DNA of 64,000 bases from Macrostomum lignano (lineage: Eukaryota): positions 1 to 64,000 of the forward strand of contig NIVC01002323.1 of assembly GCA_002269645.1 (NCBI GenBank), read 5' to 3'. Both the position numbers and the translations under genes were made by a program. Within the stretch, counting starts at the first letter, position 1. Every line of letters begins with the position of its first letter. Shown here piece after piece: positions 13,286 to 25,422 of this stretch. The notes under the pieces are model-generated. The model ran no database searches and had not been told where the DNA came from. It was given only the letters and a program-made list of their open reading frames with translations.

Positions 13286-14584
13286 CCTTGCTGGCCTCCT
13301 CTCGTAGACGGATCGGGGAGCGCGCGGCGCCCCGACTCGGCTTGAGACTCTACGGGGAAAGATGAAGAAGTTGTAGAAGCAGCGCGAGAGAGAGACAGAT
13401 GGAGGGGATATGCCTTTTATAGCTTTAGAGCTTGCTACACCAATGACAGATATGGCGGAGCCAGGGAGAGTCGGACGCCCGGAGATTGAGCGGCAGAAGG
13501 GCCGAAGTATAAAGAGGATAGCGAGGGAGAGCAGATGGGGGATTTGGTTAAGAAGGCTGCCAGGCTTGGGAGATGAGAGCTCAGCCAATCCCATTGTTGG
13601 CTTCTGCCTCTCAGATCTGTCAGCCCCCGATGGCAGCGAACGCTTGGCCCTTCACAGAATCATTTGAGTTGGAGGGGCTTGGTTTGAGTTTTCTTCTCAA
13701 CCCAGCAAGCTGGCAGCATCCTTGGTCGAGAGTTTCTGGGCACCCCAGTTCTAAAAAATAATATTCTTGTTTCTCCTCTCTCTCTCTCGCCTGTCCTTGC
13801 ATGTTTCTCATACATTTGTTCACATGCATACTCCCTCAGCTTTTCATCCGTGTGTCTCTTGTTTCATTGGGCCAATGTGTGTGTGTTTGGCAAATAATAG
13901 TCTTCTGTGTCTTCTTAAAATACCGAGTTAGACTCAGTTACGCAGTTACTAAAATTTTTTCAAGTACTAGAAGTAGACTTACAGGAACCGCTGATGCAGT
14001 GACGCACCGACTCCGTCCGTTTTGTCAATAGATAGTCGTCGTCGGGATTCCCTTGTGTACTTTAATTTTTTACTGGAGCCGCGCCGGCTCAAGAGATCGA
14101 TTGCAAATCGGCGCAGCGTACCGAAGTTCAGGGTTTGAATTTGAAGATCTAGTTGAGCTATATGTATTACTATAGCTCGTAAGTCTATGAAAGCTATGCG
14201 GCTATGGTATTTATAATGTTTGCGCAAGTTTATTTGCCTTTTACTTTTATTCCCCCTGAATGTCCTTCATTAATCGTTCACACAATTTATATGGACATGA
14301 AAATGACACTGACAATTTCCCATATAGCATATAGTTAGCTGAAGTTTTGGGTTCTAGTTTATTCAGGCAACAGAATATTCATTTTATCTAAAAGGACCGA
14401 TACTAATCCGACTGAACAGTAATCAGAGTGCATTTTTTAAATTTCACTTATGCTTTTGTTCTGGGATTCTCGGTGATTTTTTCCTAACTGGCTTCGAAAA
14501 GACATACTCTGTTAATTGATTGATTTGTTTTCTTTTAATCTTCAGTTTTCTATTTTGTCTATTTTCCTTTTTGAGCTCTCTGCA

Positions 14585-14900
14585 GTTGTGTCTATGGTCC
14601 ATATGGAGCTCTCAGTTGTCTAATAGTCCCTATGGAGCTCTCAGTTGTCTATGGTCCCTATGGAGCTCTCAGTTGTCTATGGTCCATAATGGAGAACCCT
14701 CAGTTGTCTATGGTCCCTAATGGAGAACCCTCAGTTGTCTATGGTCCCTAATGGAGAACCCTCAGTTGTCTATGGTTCCTAATGGAGAACCCTCAGTTGT
14801 CTATGGTCCCTAATGGAGAACCCTCAGTTGTCTATGGTCCCTAATGGAGAATCCTCAGTTGTCTATGGTGCCTCTCGAGTTCTCTTGTCAATGGTCCTAA
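14585..14900. repeat. 31-bp minisatellite (CTCAGTTGTCTATGGTCCCTAATGGAGAACC)
   Basis: About 9 copies with decayed edges. Confidence 0.9.
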
Positions 14901-16081
14901 TGGAACCCTCAGTTGTCTGACTCTATGGGAACCCAGAGTGACTATGGGAAACGTTAAGTGTCTATTGAAAACCATGAAAGTGGTCTACGGAACCTTCAGT
15001 TGTCTGTGGTAGTTCCAGTTGTCCAAAATAACCCCATTTGTTTAATTAAACTGCTAAATCGCCTATCATGGAACACAATTTAGAATTAAAGGTTTTGTAT
15101 TGGCAAGAAAGCTCTAAAGCTTGCATGTAGAAATTACCCGTACTGTACAAGTAACGTCACCATGCAAGTTGCTCTTTTATTTTCTAAAACTGTAGTTATG
15201 TGCAGTACTCCACTATGGGCCCAACGGGAATGGGGTAAAATCTGATTGGGATAAATTCAGAGGAAAATGGGATAGAGAGGAAGCAATAGGCTGGGGGATA
15301 GCCAGGCAGACAGAAGGAATTTATGCGAGTCTGCTAAAATCGCTGGTCTCGTTGCCATGAAACCAGAAGCCTGTGCAGAATCTCAAGCTGTTCCTTTCCA
15401 ATTTCTAAAACTGCTTGATCCCATGGGATGCATTTTGCCGGCGGGTTTGAGCCAAAAGGCGAGGGGATTTGGCAGAGACTGTTTGAGATAATCGAGAGCG
15501 CAATTGAGATCGGCGTTAAGGCATACATTAGAAATAAATCGAGACAGGTGCTCGAAAGAGAACTCTGAATTTTTAGCAGGATTGATGATTTCTGTTCTAT
15601 CAGCAACTTCAGCTCTCTATCATACAATATTTCGTTCCTTGTTCTGTATACTTTATGCAGCAGTGTCGGAACATTTTTCAAAGTGGTTGGGGGGGGCTAT
15701 TGGTGTAGGGCACATTGCATGTACTGTACATTTTTGTAATCTAAGAGCACCCTAACACCTGCTTTTATGGCAGTTTGTGACACTGTGACAACCAGGCCAA
15801 TATTAAATTCGGTGTTGGAAGTCGGAAAGTGCTCGAACTTTCAACTGACTCAAACATTGCGCAACTGCATGTACTGCACTAATTTATTTAGTATATCACA
15901 AATGAATGAAAATTGCAAGGGCCAGACCAATCAGTTAATTTTCTGGATCTTTTGGCTACCTCCTTCAGTTCCTACTATTGGCGCTGTCTCTTTATTCTTT
16001 TACATGTAGCTGACGGCATTTTAGTCATTTTGGTTGCAGCGCCAGCAGCGGTTTAATTGTCTTGGGATTGCGACAGACTCG

Positions 16082-16360
16082 ACAACAACAACAACAGAAT
16101 ACGCGTTCAGCGTCACAGGGCGCGCCTCAGGGCCAGGTCGCGAACGGACGCCACGCGCCGCCGGCCGAATCCGGGGCGCCGGCGTCAGCCAGCAGGCAGT
16201 CGACAAAGCGCCGAGTGTTGGGCCTGCTCCCACCGGTAGGGGGCCTGCAGCATCAGCAGCAGCACCTTCTGCACCGGCTGTGGGCAGTACGACTCGGCGC
16301 GGATGATGTGGCTTGCCAGCTCGAGTCGCCGACGACGGCGGACCACTTCAAGTATGATAT
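16082..16360 (-). mobile_element. 3' fragment of an RTE-like non-LTR retrotransposon (5'-truncated, frameshifted)
   Basis: The minus strand reads VVRRRRRLELASHIIRAESYCPQPVQKVLLLMLQAP, then after a shift TRRFVDCLLADAGAPD, then SVRDLALRRAL* (stop 16113-16115). This matches the RR-L--AGH--R ... R---D-L--D C-terminus of RTE-type ORF2. A (TTG)4 tail follows the stop. Confidence 0.72.
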
Positions 16361-17590
16361 GAATACTTCAAGCGAAAGCAATTATAGGTCTATGAAAGTC
16401 TTTTAGTAGTCTGGAGTCTTATAAGAAGTTACATGTAAGACTATGGACACTGTATTCAACGCGACCTTTGTATTATATCTCACCTAAACTGGTCCATGAT
16501 GTTACATGTAGCCAAAGGACTGTTTAGTTCTAAAGAAGAATTAATTAATTAAATTCTTCCGTTACAATCGCATCACATTTGAAGGACTCACTACAAAATC
16601 TGGGCTTTATAGTAGTTATTATACATTCAAGTGTACAAAGATAAATTCGAATGTTTCGCTTGTATGGAGGAAATTTGAGCTCAAGTTAAAAAATGCTTAG
16701 CTTCTGGTAAAGTATATATTTGTATTTTATTGTTTAACGATCTACCATAAAATGTCACCATTGTTAGTCAAATTGGTTTTGCTCACTATATTGTAATATT
16801 ACTCGAGCCTAGCAATTTCCCCCTAAATGAAAACGAGCTTCAACTTTACTTCAACTTACATTGTGCTTAATTTCAACAGTTTTTTTAATGAGCATCTTTT
16901 CGTAACGGCGAATATTATTTGAGGATTGGGCATACTACTTACAAATAGGTACGGTAGGCTGCATGGTTTTGCAAATATTGTTGTGATTGTGCAAGATTGG
17001 CCTTCGCGCTATAAAAATACATAAATGAAAAATACGTTCTCAAGCTACAGAAACTTTATTACGTCAGCTTCCACAGACAGTGTCACAGAATGCAAGCTTG
17101 TTTAAATACTAGCCTAATCAGAAGTTCTTCTTTTTAAATTTCGAAAGGGAGATTTGAAAGCTACCTTTCAACCAGTTTGTAACCAGTTGAACAACTAGGC
17201 CTATTAATAACTATCAAGCGGGCAAGCGATTTTTTAGAATCAGTCAGATTTCAGATAAGAAGTTTTAAACAATTTAGCTAATAGGTAATGAATTAGCTAG
17301 CTTGGGCTTACCTAGCTTAGATTTATAGGCTTAGCTCAGCTGATCTTGATTCTTGGATCTAAGGAAACTTTGTTGATTTTAAGCAGTTATCGAAATTGTC
17401 GATATAGGGGCCTATGCCTAACGTTATTACATTAATAAGCCCTACTGAGTACTGAAGCTGTTTTTATGATTGGCCTAGGCTTACTGGGGACATATGATTG
17501 TTAGGCCTGTCATTTTTATTATTGTGTTTTTAACAATAAGATTGGATAAGAAGTAGGCTTAGCTTAGCCTTAGGCCCTAGAATTTCAAAA

Positions 17591-20500
17591 ATGAATTTGA
17601 AGCTTCATTTTGTCCTTGTCTACTTATTCATTTCAACTGTAGCTCTTTATACTTGTCTTGCTATTGCTGGTATGTGACTTAACCGTAATTTTTTTCTACT
17701 TATTAACTTATATTATTATTTTGGATTTTTGTCTAAAATTAATTTTTTATTTAGTAAAAAGGCCTAGGCCTAATCTTAAACAGTTAAAGTTAAAAAGTTC
17801 AGTTAGTTAGGTAGGCCTAGGCCTAACTAGTATCTACTAGGCCCAGGGCCTAGCTTGATTATTTTAATTTATTTGTTGCATTAGGCCTATAAAAAACTTT
17901 ATATTATTCATTGTCATTGAAAAAACCTTAAAAAATATTTGAGTTGAGCAATTATTGTATAAAACTAGAGTCTAATGGAATAAATTACCTTTTAGTAGTT
18001 CTAGGTTTCATTTAGAGTAGGGCAATGGGTCTATCTAAAAAAAGGCTTATGCATTTTTGAATATAGGCCCATTCTAGCATTTAGACCTAGGCTAATTTAT
18101 AGGCTAATCTTTTTTATTAGCTTTAAATTAGGCTGTTTTTTATATAGGCCCTAATAAAAAGTAATTTCACAATGGGCCTTATATACAACAATATACAATA
18201 AAGAGAGCTAGAGCAAAAATAGCATAAATTTGTTCAAAGGAAAATAAAAAACTAATAGATATTTTTGCAAACAATATAACAATATCAATGCTAAGCCTAT
18301 AGTTATCTAAAACTTATTTAAAAAAACTATGCCTACTTTTAATAGGTTTTGCAAATTTTAAATTATCATACAGTTATTTTTAAAAATAGAAAATTTTTAA
18401 AGCAATATTTGATAATTTTAAGTGCCTTTTTGGAAATTATAGTCAATATATTGCCTTGGCATTCATTGGCATTGTTCCAATTATTTTTGCTAAGTATTTG
18501 TAGGCTGTAGCCATATACTATACAATGATCTTTGTTGTAGACATAGGTTTATAAAAATTAATATTTACAATGGCTATAAAGATAACTTGTATAAAACAAG
18601 TAAGGCTAATATACAATAGAAGTTTCTGTTGTATACCTTTCTTTTCACAGATTGGATTGTATCTAATTCAAATTTGCAATTGGTTATTATTAACAATTTC
18701 TAGGGTACCTTTTAAAATACTACTACTTGACATAGACCACCATTGCCATTCCTTCAACATTGCAAAAAGTAGAGTCCTAAGACCTTTGCTATAGATTGCT
18801 CTATATACAACTTCTTGGGGCCCTCTCAACCTTGTGGCAACCACTACTTAGATTGGAACTTACTTAGACTTAGGGTCATATTTTATGACCTTAGTTGACC
18901 CTAAAACTTAGGGTCATATTTTATTCCCAATCACTAGGTGCTAATAATTTTTTTCCAAATTGCATCCAAGCAGTTTAGCAGGTTGATAACATACTCAGTG
19001 TATTGAACCTAGTGTTTAGGCCAAAATACTCATAAGATCTAATAGACACTTGCTTGCTTAGACCAAGATTATCTATTATGGAGCATTGCAATGAGAGATG
19101 CCTACTTTGTCAACAATCTTGTTTATCATTTTCCAATCCTGCTCAATTGCCTATAAAATAGCAGCCATGTTTTCCTTTATGAACAATGTTATAGGTCTGC
19201 TAGACTGCTAGGCATTTTCTATAGACTCTTGGCCCTTCCTGAATGCCTAAATCTAGCACTAATGGGTTAATCCAGTATAGCAATGTCCCCATAGACCTTC
19301 AAAGCCTCACTAATGCAGGCTAACTTCTAGCCAAGTTTTACAAGAAACTTCATGTTAGTACTTCGATTTTTGGATTTCCATTGCTAAAAGTATATACTAT
19401 GATTAGAGTATAACCATGGAGATATCAATTACTTTCAAAGAACCAAAACTCGATCAAATAAAAAAATAAAATTGTTTTTAATGAAACTAGTTGCAGTTCA
19501 ATATATTTTATAGTTTAGGCATTATAACAAGGATTATTACTTTTTGAATGACCTTTGTATATTAGTATATCATAGTTTCATGGAAAACTATCATATTGGC
19601 TAGGTAAAATTCAGGTTACAAATATATATATCAAAGCTATATATAGTCAAGCTATTGTTTATTTCTTATTGATTAATATGTTTAAAGTAGAAAAAACAAT
19701 AACTTGCATGTCTAAGATAGTTATATTTCCCTTTAAGCTTATTAAATCTCAACTACTATATCCTTATGAGCTATGGTATCTTAACAACTCTCCTATTGAC
19801 TTAAGATAAACCAATAGCTTTGTACAGACACTTAAGCCTTCTTGCCTTCTGTAATAACCTTCCATAACTTTAATAAAGAAGATGGAATGATTTAAAGAAA
19901 TTTATATTACATAATTTAATTTTTAGACTCATTACCTACTTAAAAGTAGTAGAATAAAATGTTCCAACTCATAGTAACTGCAATCAATTAAATTGAGTTA
20001 TAATGAACAGATGCCTTATCTAGCTACTATACAATGTATTTGTGCTTTAACAAAGGTAACACATCAGTCAAACTGGTCTGGAATCGTCTTGTCAAAGTGA
20101 GCCTGGATTCTGATGGCCAAGTTTTGACCATAGACAGTCCATTGGGTGTGCCCAGCGACACAGCCTTCCTATTGCTGCAGGGCCACCAACTACCAAGCTT
20201 ATCCTACAATGCTAATCAACTGTTGCAATTGTCAACTCTGTTAGAGTTTAATCGGTCTGACTCTGTTACTAAGGGGCATCATATTGGCTTGGTTACTATG
20301 GAAACTAGCCTGCCACGTTGGTACGCTAGACTGGTTAATGATGAACAGCTAAATAACAGTGGTAGTACAAAACCAAGCTATGCTTGGTTACTGATTGTTG
20401 CAAAGGCCTGGGACGAACCGTTGCCAGGCGGTTGCTGTACAAATCGATCGCTGCCTTGGTCGGCCTGCAACTCAATTGGGCCAGCTGTTAATCTGTCCCG

Positions 20501-23500
20501 TCCCGCGGCTTCTTGCCCAATTTGGCAGCTTGACTTTCACCCGGCAGCTGGTCTGAAAACTAACAAGCCAAATTTGAGAATTTGTCACTCGAAGTCTCAA
20601 ACTTTGGATAGCAGCGGCCATCGGTTGAAGCGTTTTAAACTGCGCTACCGATTGTACGTAGCCGAAGTGACTCACGGCGATTGGCCAGCCGCTTTGCGAC
20701 TAATGTCCACAGCTCAGGATGCTGTAGCCTATGGCCACTTGATTGGAGTTATTAGCAATTCAGCATCTGTTAATAGCGACAATTGCTGCCGGTTCACTGT
20801 TGGCTCCAGAGATAATATTAACCTAATAGCGACTGTGGTTGCCGAGCGAGTGGACACGTCCCAGTTCAGTGCATATGCACCCGTGCTCATAACGATTAAT
20901 GAAAATAATGAAGGGTTTGCCGGTTCCGCCTGTCTTTGTTTTGGTAATTGCAATTTATTAAACTCTGTGAAATTATCTTGATAGTTCTTTTAACACTCGT
21001 AAGCGTACTGATGGAAGTCGAAAGTCACTCCTGTGTGTATCGTTAAAAATTACACTTTAAATTATAGAAATACAATCCTCACTGAACCATCAGGAAACAC
21101 CTCATAAAACAGCTGTGAGAATCGCCCTAAGCCAGCTTTGAGAGTCGCCCCTAAGCCAGCTTTGAGAGTCGCCCCTAAGCCAGCTTTGAGAGTCGCCCCT
21201 AAGCCAGCTTTGAGAGTCGCCCCTAAGCCAGCTTTGAGAGTCGCCCCTAAGCCAGCTTTGAGAGTCGTCCCTAAGCCAGCTTTGAGAGTCGTCCCTAAGC
21301 CAGCTTTGAGAGTCGCCCCTAAGCCAGCTTGAGATAGGTCCCTAACTTTGGATACAACGTGCCATCCATAATTAAACCTTTAAACCTTCAACAGATTTCG
21401 AGTGTCGAACTGTCTCAATTTTGGCTGCTCTCGTTGGCCTATTTCTTTGCACCGCTGGCTTTAGATTTTTTGCGGCTAGTAAGTAAAGCTTATTCGTCAT
21501 TTAATGTAGTCTTTGTAGTGTAGTATTTAAGTAATACTTGGATTTTCTTACTATCAGATAGATCAGGATTCGGTATAAGAATCCTCAGATTGGGGATCAG
21601 GATTCGGGATAAGAATCCTCAGATTGGAGATCAGGATTCGGGATAAGAATCCTCAGATTGGGGATCAGGATTCGGGATAAGAATCCTCAGATTGGAGATC
21701 AGGATTCGGGATAAGAATCCTCAGATTGGGGATCAGGATTCGGGATAAGAATCCTCAGATTGGAGATCAGGATTCGGGATAAGAATCCTCAGATTGGAGA
21801 TCAGGATTCGGGATAAGAATCCTCAGATTAGGGATCAGGATTCGGGATAAGAATCCTCAGATTGGAGATCAGGATTCGAGATAAGAATCCTCAGATTGGA
21901 GATCAGGATTCGAGATAAGAATCCTCAGATTGGAGATCAGGATTCGGGATAAGAATCCTCAGATTGGGGATCAGGATTCGAGATAACAGTTCTCAGATTG
22001 GGGATCAGGAATCGGGATAACAGTTCTCAGATTAAGGATCAGGATTCGGGATAACAGTTCTCAGATTAAGGATCAGGATTCTGGATAACAGTTCTCAGAT
22101 TAAGAATCAGGATTCGGGATAACAGTTCTCAGATTAAGGATCAGGATTCGGGATAACAGTTCTCAGATTAAGGATCAGGATTCGGGATAACAGTTCTCAG
22201 ATTGGGGATCAGGATTCGGGATAAGAATCCTCAGATTGGGGATCAGGATTCGGGATAAGAATCCTCAGATTGGGGATCAGGATTCGGGATAAGAATCCTC
22301 AGATTGGGGATCAGGATTCGAGATAAAAAATCCTCAGATTGGGGATCAGGATTCAGGATAACAGTCCTTAAATTGGGGATCAGGATTCAGTTAGAAGATT
22401 CTGAAGCACAATATCCCACCTCCATTGCACCAGGCGTATTCCTATGCGGTTTCATCAATGGCTCGCTGGTCTTTCTGCCCGTAACACTGAGGCAGACAGC
22501 CGCCCAGCTGTCCATGGTTGCCAGCCTGCTGCTAGGATGCCTAGCCCCTGGTCTAATATTCGGCGGCATTGCCTTGGTTATTTGGCTTCGAAAACGTTGG
22601 AATTGGATGGCCTATTTGATTTTGCACCTGCCTTGTTGCTACGCGTTAGCTAGCCTGCTTTTTGCCACTCCGTTTGGCCAGCTGTGGTGGCTCACTGGCC
22701 ACGAGGCCGCTTTTCTTGGGGCTCTTGGCGCTGCTGTGCTTCTCTGCCTGCTGCTTCTGCTGCTGTTTAGTAGCTCGGTGAGTCTTGGGGGATCTGGGAG
22801 GCTGGCCCAGCAACTGAGGCTCTGGGAGGCTGGCCCAGCAACTGACACTCTGGGAGGCTGGCCCAGCAACTGAGGATCTGGGAGGCTGGCCCAGCAACTG
22901 AGGATCTGAGAGGCTGGCCCAGCAACAGGATCTGGGAGGCTGGCCCAGAAACTGAGGATCTGGGAGGCTGGCCCGGCAAATGAGGATCTGGGAGGCTGGG
23001 CCAGCAACTGAAGGTCTGGGAGGCTGGCCCAGCAACTGAGGATCTGAGAGGCTGGCCCAGCAGCTGACACTCTGGGAGGCTCGCCCAGCAACAGGGGATC
23101 TGGGAGGCTGGCACAGCAACTGACAATCTGGGAGGCTGGCCCAGCAACTGAGGATCTGGGGGGCTGGTAGCCCAGCAACTAAGGATCTGGGATGCTGGCC
23201 CAGCAATGGAGGATCTGGGACTGGGAGGCTGGCCCAGCAACTGAGGATCTGGGAGGCTGCCCCAGCAGCTGACAATCTGGGAGGCTGGTCCAGTAACTGA
23301 GGATATGGGAGGCTGGCCCAGCAACTGAGGATCTGGGAGGATGGCCCAGCAACTGGGGAGCTGAAAGGCTGGCCCAGAAACTAAAGAACTGGCTCTGGCT
23401 TTGTCTATGGCCAAAACTGAGGGATCCGAATTCGCACTCAATTTGCCAACAGAAATTAAGCTAGAACAGGACCTCGCCTTTGCCTGAGTCTCTCACATCC

Positions 23501-25044
23501 TTGAACCGTTTTAGGGCGCCATTTTCTCCCTGTCATTTGTTGGCGCATTCATGCTGACGGCCGGCCTAACAGCCAATCTTCCCGTGTCGTCGATTTTTCC
23601 CTACTTGTTCCTGGATTTGTTCCGCCGGACGGCTACGGAAAACTACAACGGGGCGCTGTTGTATTACGAGTTTCGCAGAGTGGCTGGTTAGTTAAAATAG
23701 CTGTTTCTTTTACATAAACTGCTTAAGCTTATACGGATGGGAGATTTTTGGGATGCTCCGCCTTTTATGATTCTTGATCTATCTCCCCACCTAGGATTCC
23801 TACCTTTCGGGATTCCCACCTCTTGGGATTCCCCACCTCTTCGGATTCCCCACTGAAGAGGAATTCCCCAGATTCCCCACCTCTTCGGATTCCCCACCTC
23901 TTCGAATTCCCCACCTCTTCGGATTCCCCACCTTTCTGGATTCCCCACCTCTTCGGATTCCCCACCTCTTCGAATTCCCCACCTCTTCGGATTCCCCACC
24001 TCTTCGAATTCCCCACCTTTCTGGATTCCCCACCTCTTCGGATTCCCCACCTCTTCGAATTCTCAACCTTTCCGGATTACCCACCTCTTCGGATTCCCAC
24101 CTTTTCGAATTCCCCACCTTTCCGGATTCCCACCTCTTCGGATTCCCCACCTTTCCGGATTCCCACCTCTTCGAATTCCCCACCTTTCTGGATTCCCCAC
24201 CTCTTCGAATTCTCAACCTTTCCGGATTACCCACCTCTTCGGATTCCCACCTTTTCGAATTCCCCACCTTTCCGGATTCCCACCTCTTCGGATTCCCCAC
24301 CTTTCCGGATTCCCACCTCTTCGGATTCCCCATCTCTTCGGATTCTACATCTCTTCGGATTCCCCACCTCTTCGGATTCTCCACCTTTCCGGATTCCCAT
24401 CTCTTACAATTCCCTACCTTTTGTGATTCCTACCTATTTCCTAGGTAGGATTTCTTACCTATTCGGATTCTCTACCTATTTGACTTTCCAACCTCTTCGG
24501 ATCCCCGCCTCTTTGGATTCCCCACCTTTTGAGATTCCTCACCTCCTCGGGTACCCCAGCCCTAGAATTATTCCTCTGTCAATGATGATAAAAGAGAAAT
24601 TTAGACATTAGTTAAATGTTGAAGTTCTAGAATCCCATATTTAGTTAACAGAATCTCTGGTGTTAGGATAAGGGAGACAGTAAAGCTTAGTTGTTAATGC
24701 GTGCTACTAAAGTAGCTAAATAATGAATCGTGAGTAAAAAAATATCCGCAGACCTGGCAGCTCTGATTGGTTGGCCAATTGTCACCGCAGTCTGCTGTCT
24801 ACTACAGTATCGCTGCAATCGTAAGCTAGGCCTGGACCCCGGTAGTAGAGGCAATATCGAACCAGGATTCGAACCGACTCTGCCGTTGCCGCCTCCGCCG
24901 CCAACCTCATCATTGGCTGCTGCTGCTGGTGCTGGTGACGGTGATGAGCGGCGTACCCAACAGAGGCTGTTAAATGTGTCTTTTATCGGCGATGGTGTCT
25001 TCAGGGACGGTGCTGGCGACAGAGCACCCCTAATCAGACAGTAG
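17591..25044 (+). CDS. TM7SF3: Transmembrane 7 superfamily member 3; exons 17591-17669, 20011-20943, 21395-21478, 22434-22777, 23515-23686, 24752-25044 (634 aa)
   Basis: Signal-peptide exon MNLKLHFVLVYLFISTVALYTCLAIA ends at a GTATGT donor. All splice phases are compatible and the total of 1905 nt is 635 codons. Motifs match TM7SF3 as I recall it: TAFLLLQGH, EPLPGGC, LDFHPA, LRYRLY, SAYAPV, LVGLFLCTAGFRFF, LLFATPFG, DLAALIGW...LQYR and a terminal RAPLI. Confidence 0.9.
18700..19559 (-). mobile_element. Decayed mariner (Hsmar2/irritans-like) transposon, 5' part, in TM7SF3 intron 1
   Basis: From the ATG at 19381 the minus strand reads MEIQK(I)EV..TNMKFLVKLG*K..ISEALKVYGDIA, then IVDKVGISH, DNLGLSK and FQSK*WLPQG*EGPKK...AKV. 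These align with the NIKFMVKLGWK...ALRKVYGD and QSKQWLPRGGSGPVK segments of Hsmar2-type transposase. A TIR-like TA|CAAAGGTCATTCAAAAAGT ends at 19557-19559. I did not find the other TIR. Confidence 0.82.
21118..21332. repeat. 24-bp minisatellite (CCTAAGCCAGCTTTGAGAGTCGCC), TM7SF3 intron 2
   Basis: About 9 near-perfect copies. Confidence 0.96.
21565..22392. repeat. 34-bp minisatellite (GATCAGGATTCGGGATAAGAATCCTCAGATTGGG), TM7SF3 intron 3
   Basis: About 24 copies, with an internal block of the AACAGTTCTC variant at about 21985-22200. Confidence 0.96.
22792..23385. repeat. 28-bp minisatellite (CTGGGAGGCTGGCCCAGCAACTGAGGAT), TM7SF3 intron 4
   Basis: About 21 copies, starting about 15 bp after the donor site. 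Confidence 0.95.
23790..24545. repeat. 17-18-bp minisatellite (TTCGGATTCCCCACCTC), TM7SF3 intron 5
   Basis: About 40 degenerate copies. Confidence 0.93.
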
Positions 25045-25422
25045 TCTGATCTGATCTGATCTGATCTGCTTACCTGTATATTCAATCTGACTGCTTTGTC
25101 TATCTAATAGAGTTTTTTTTAGATCTCATATTTTTCTTATGCATATTTTATTTTGTTTATTGGTTTTTATTAAAAAACGTTTTTATGCAGATTTATTTTG
25201 TGTTATTCTTCTGCTTTCTAAAATATTCTCTATTTTTTTCCTCCAAGTTAAAAGCTTTGTTTTGAAATTTTATTTTATTTTTAAATCGGTCACTTAAGTT
25301 TGTATTGTTAAAATGCAACGAAATATAAGATTATATATATTCTATTGCTAAAGAGAGAATCTTGATTCCTTTTCTTGTGCTCATTCACTGTACAAACATT
25401 TTTGTTGCATTGGGTCTTTAGT

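Noticed and set aside
13286-13594. 103-aa N-terminal extension of the SLC46 ORF
   Set aside because: It does not resemble the family; the ATG at 13285 immediately precedes TM1, so this is probably 5' UTR
15334-15681. 115-aa minus-strand ORF (RNEILYDRELKLLIEQ...)
   Set aside because: Protein-like, but with a TTG start, no recognisable family and no clear splice partners
16021-16320. Cys-rich frame with in-frame TGA suggesting a selenoprotein
   Set aside because: It is an alternative frame of the RTE-like LINE fragment, and I identified no SECIS
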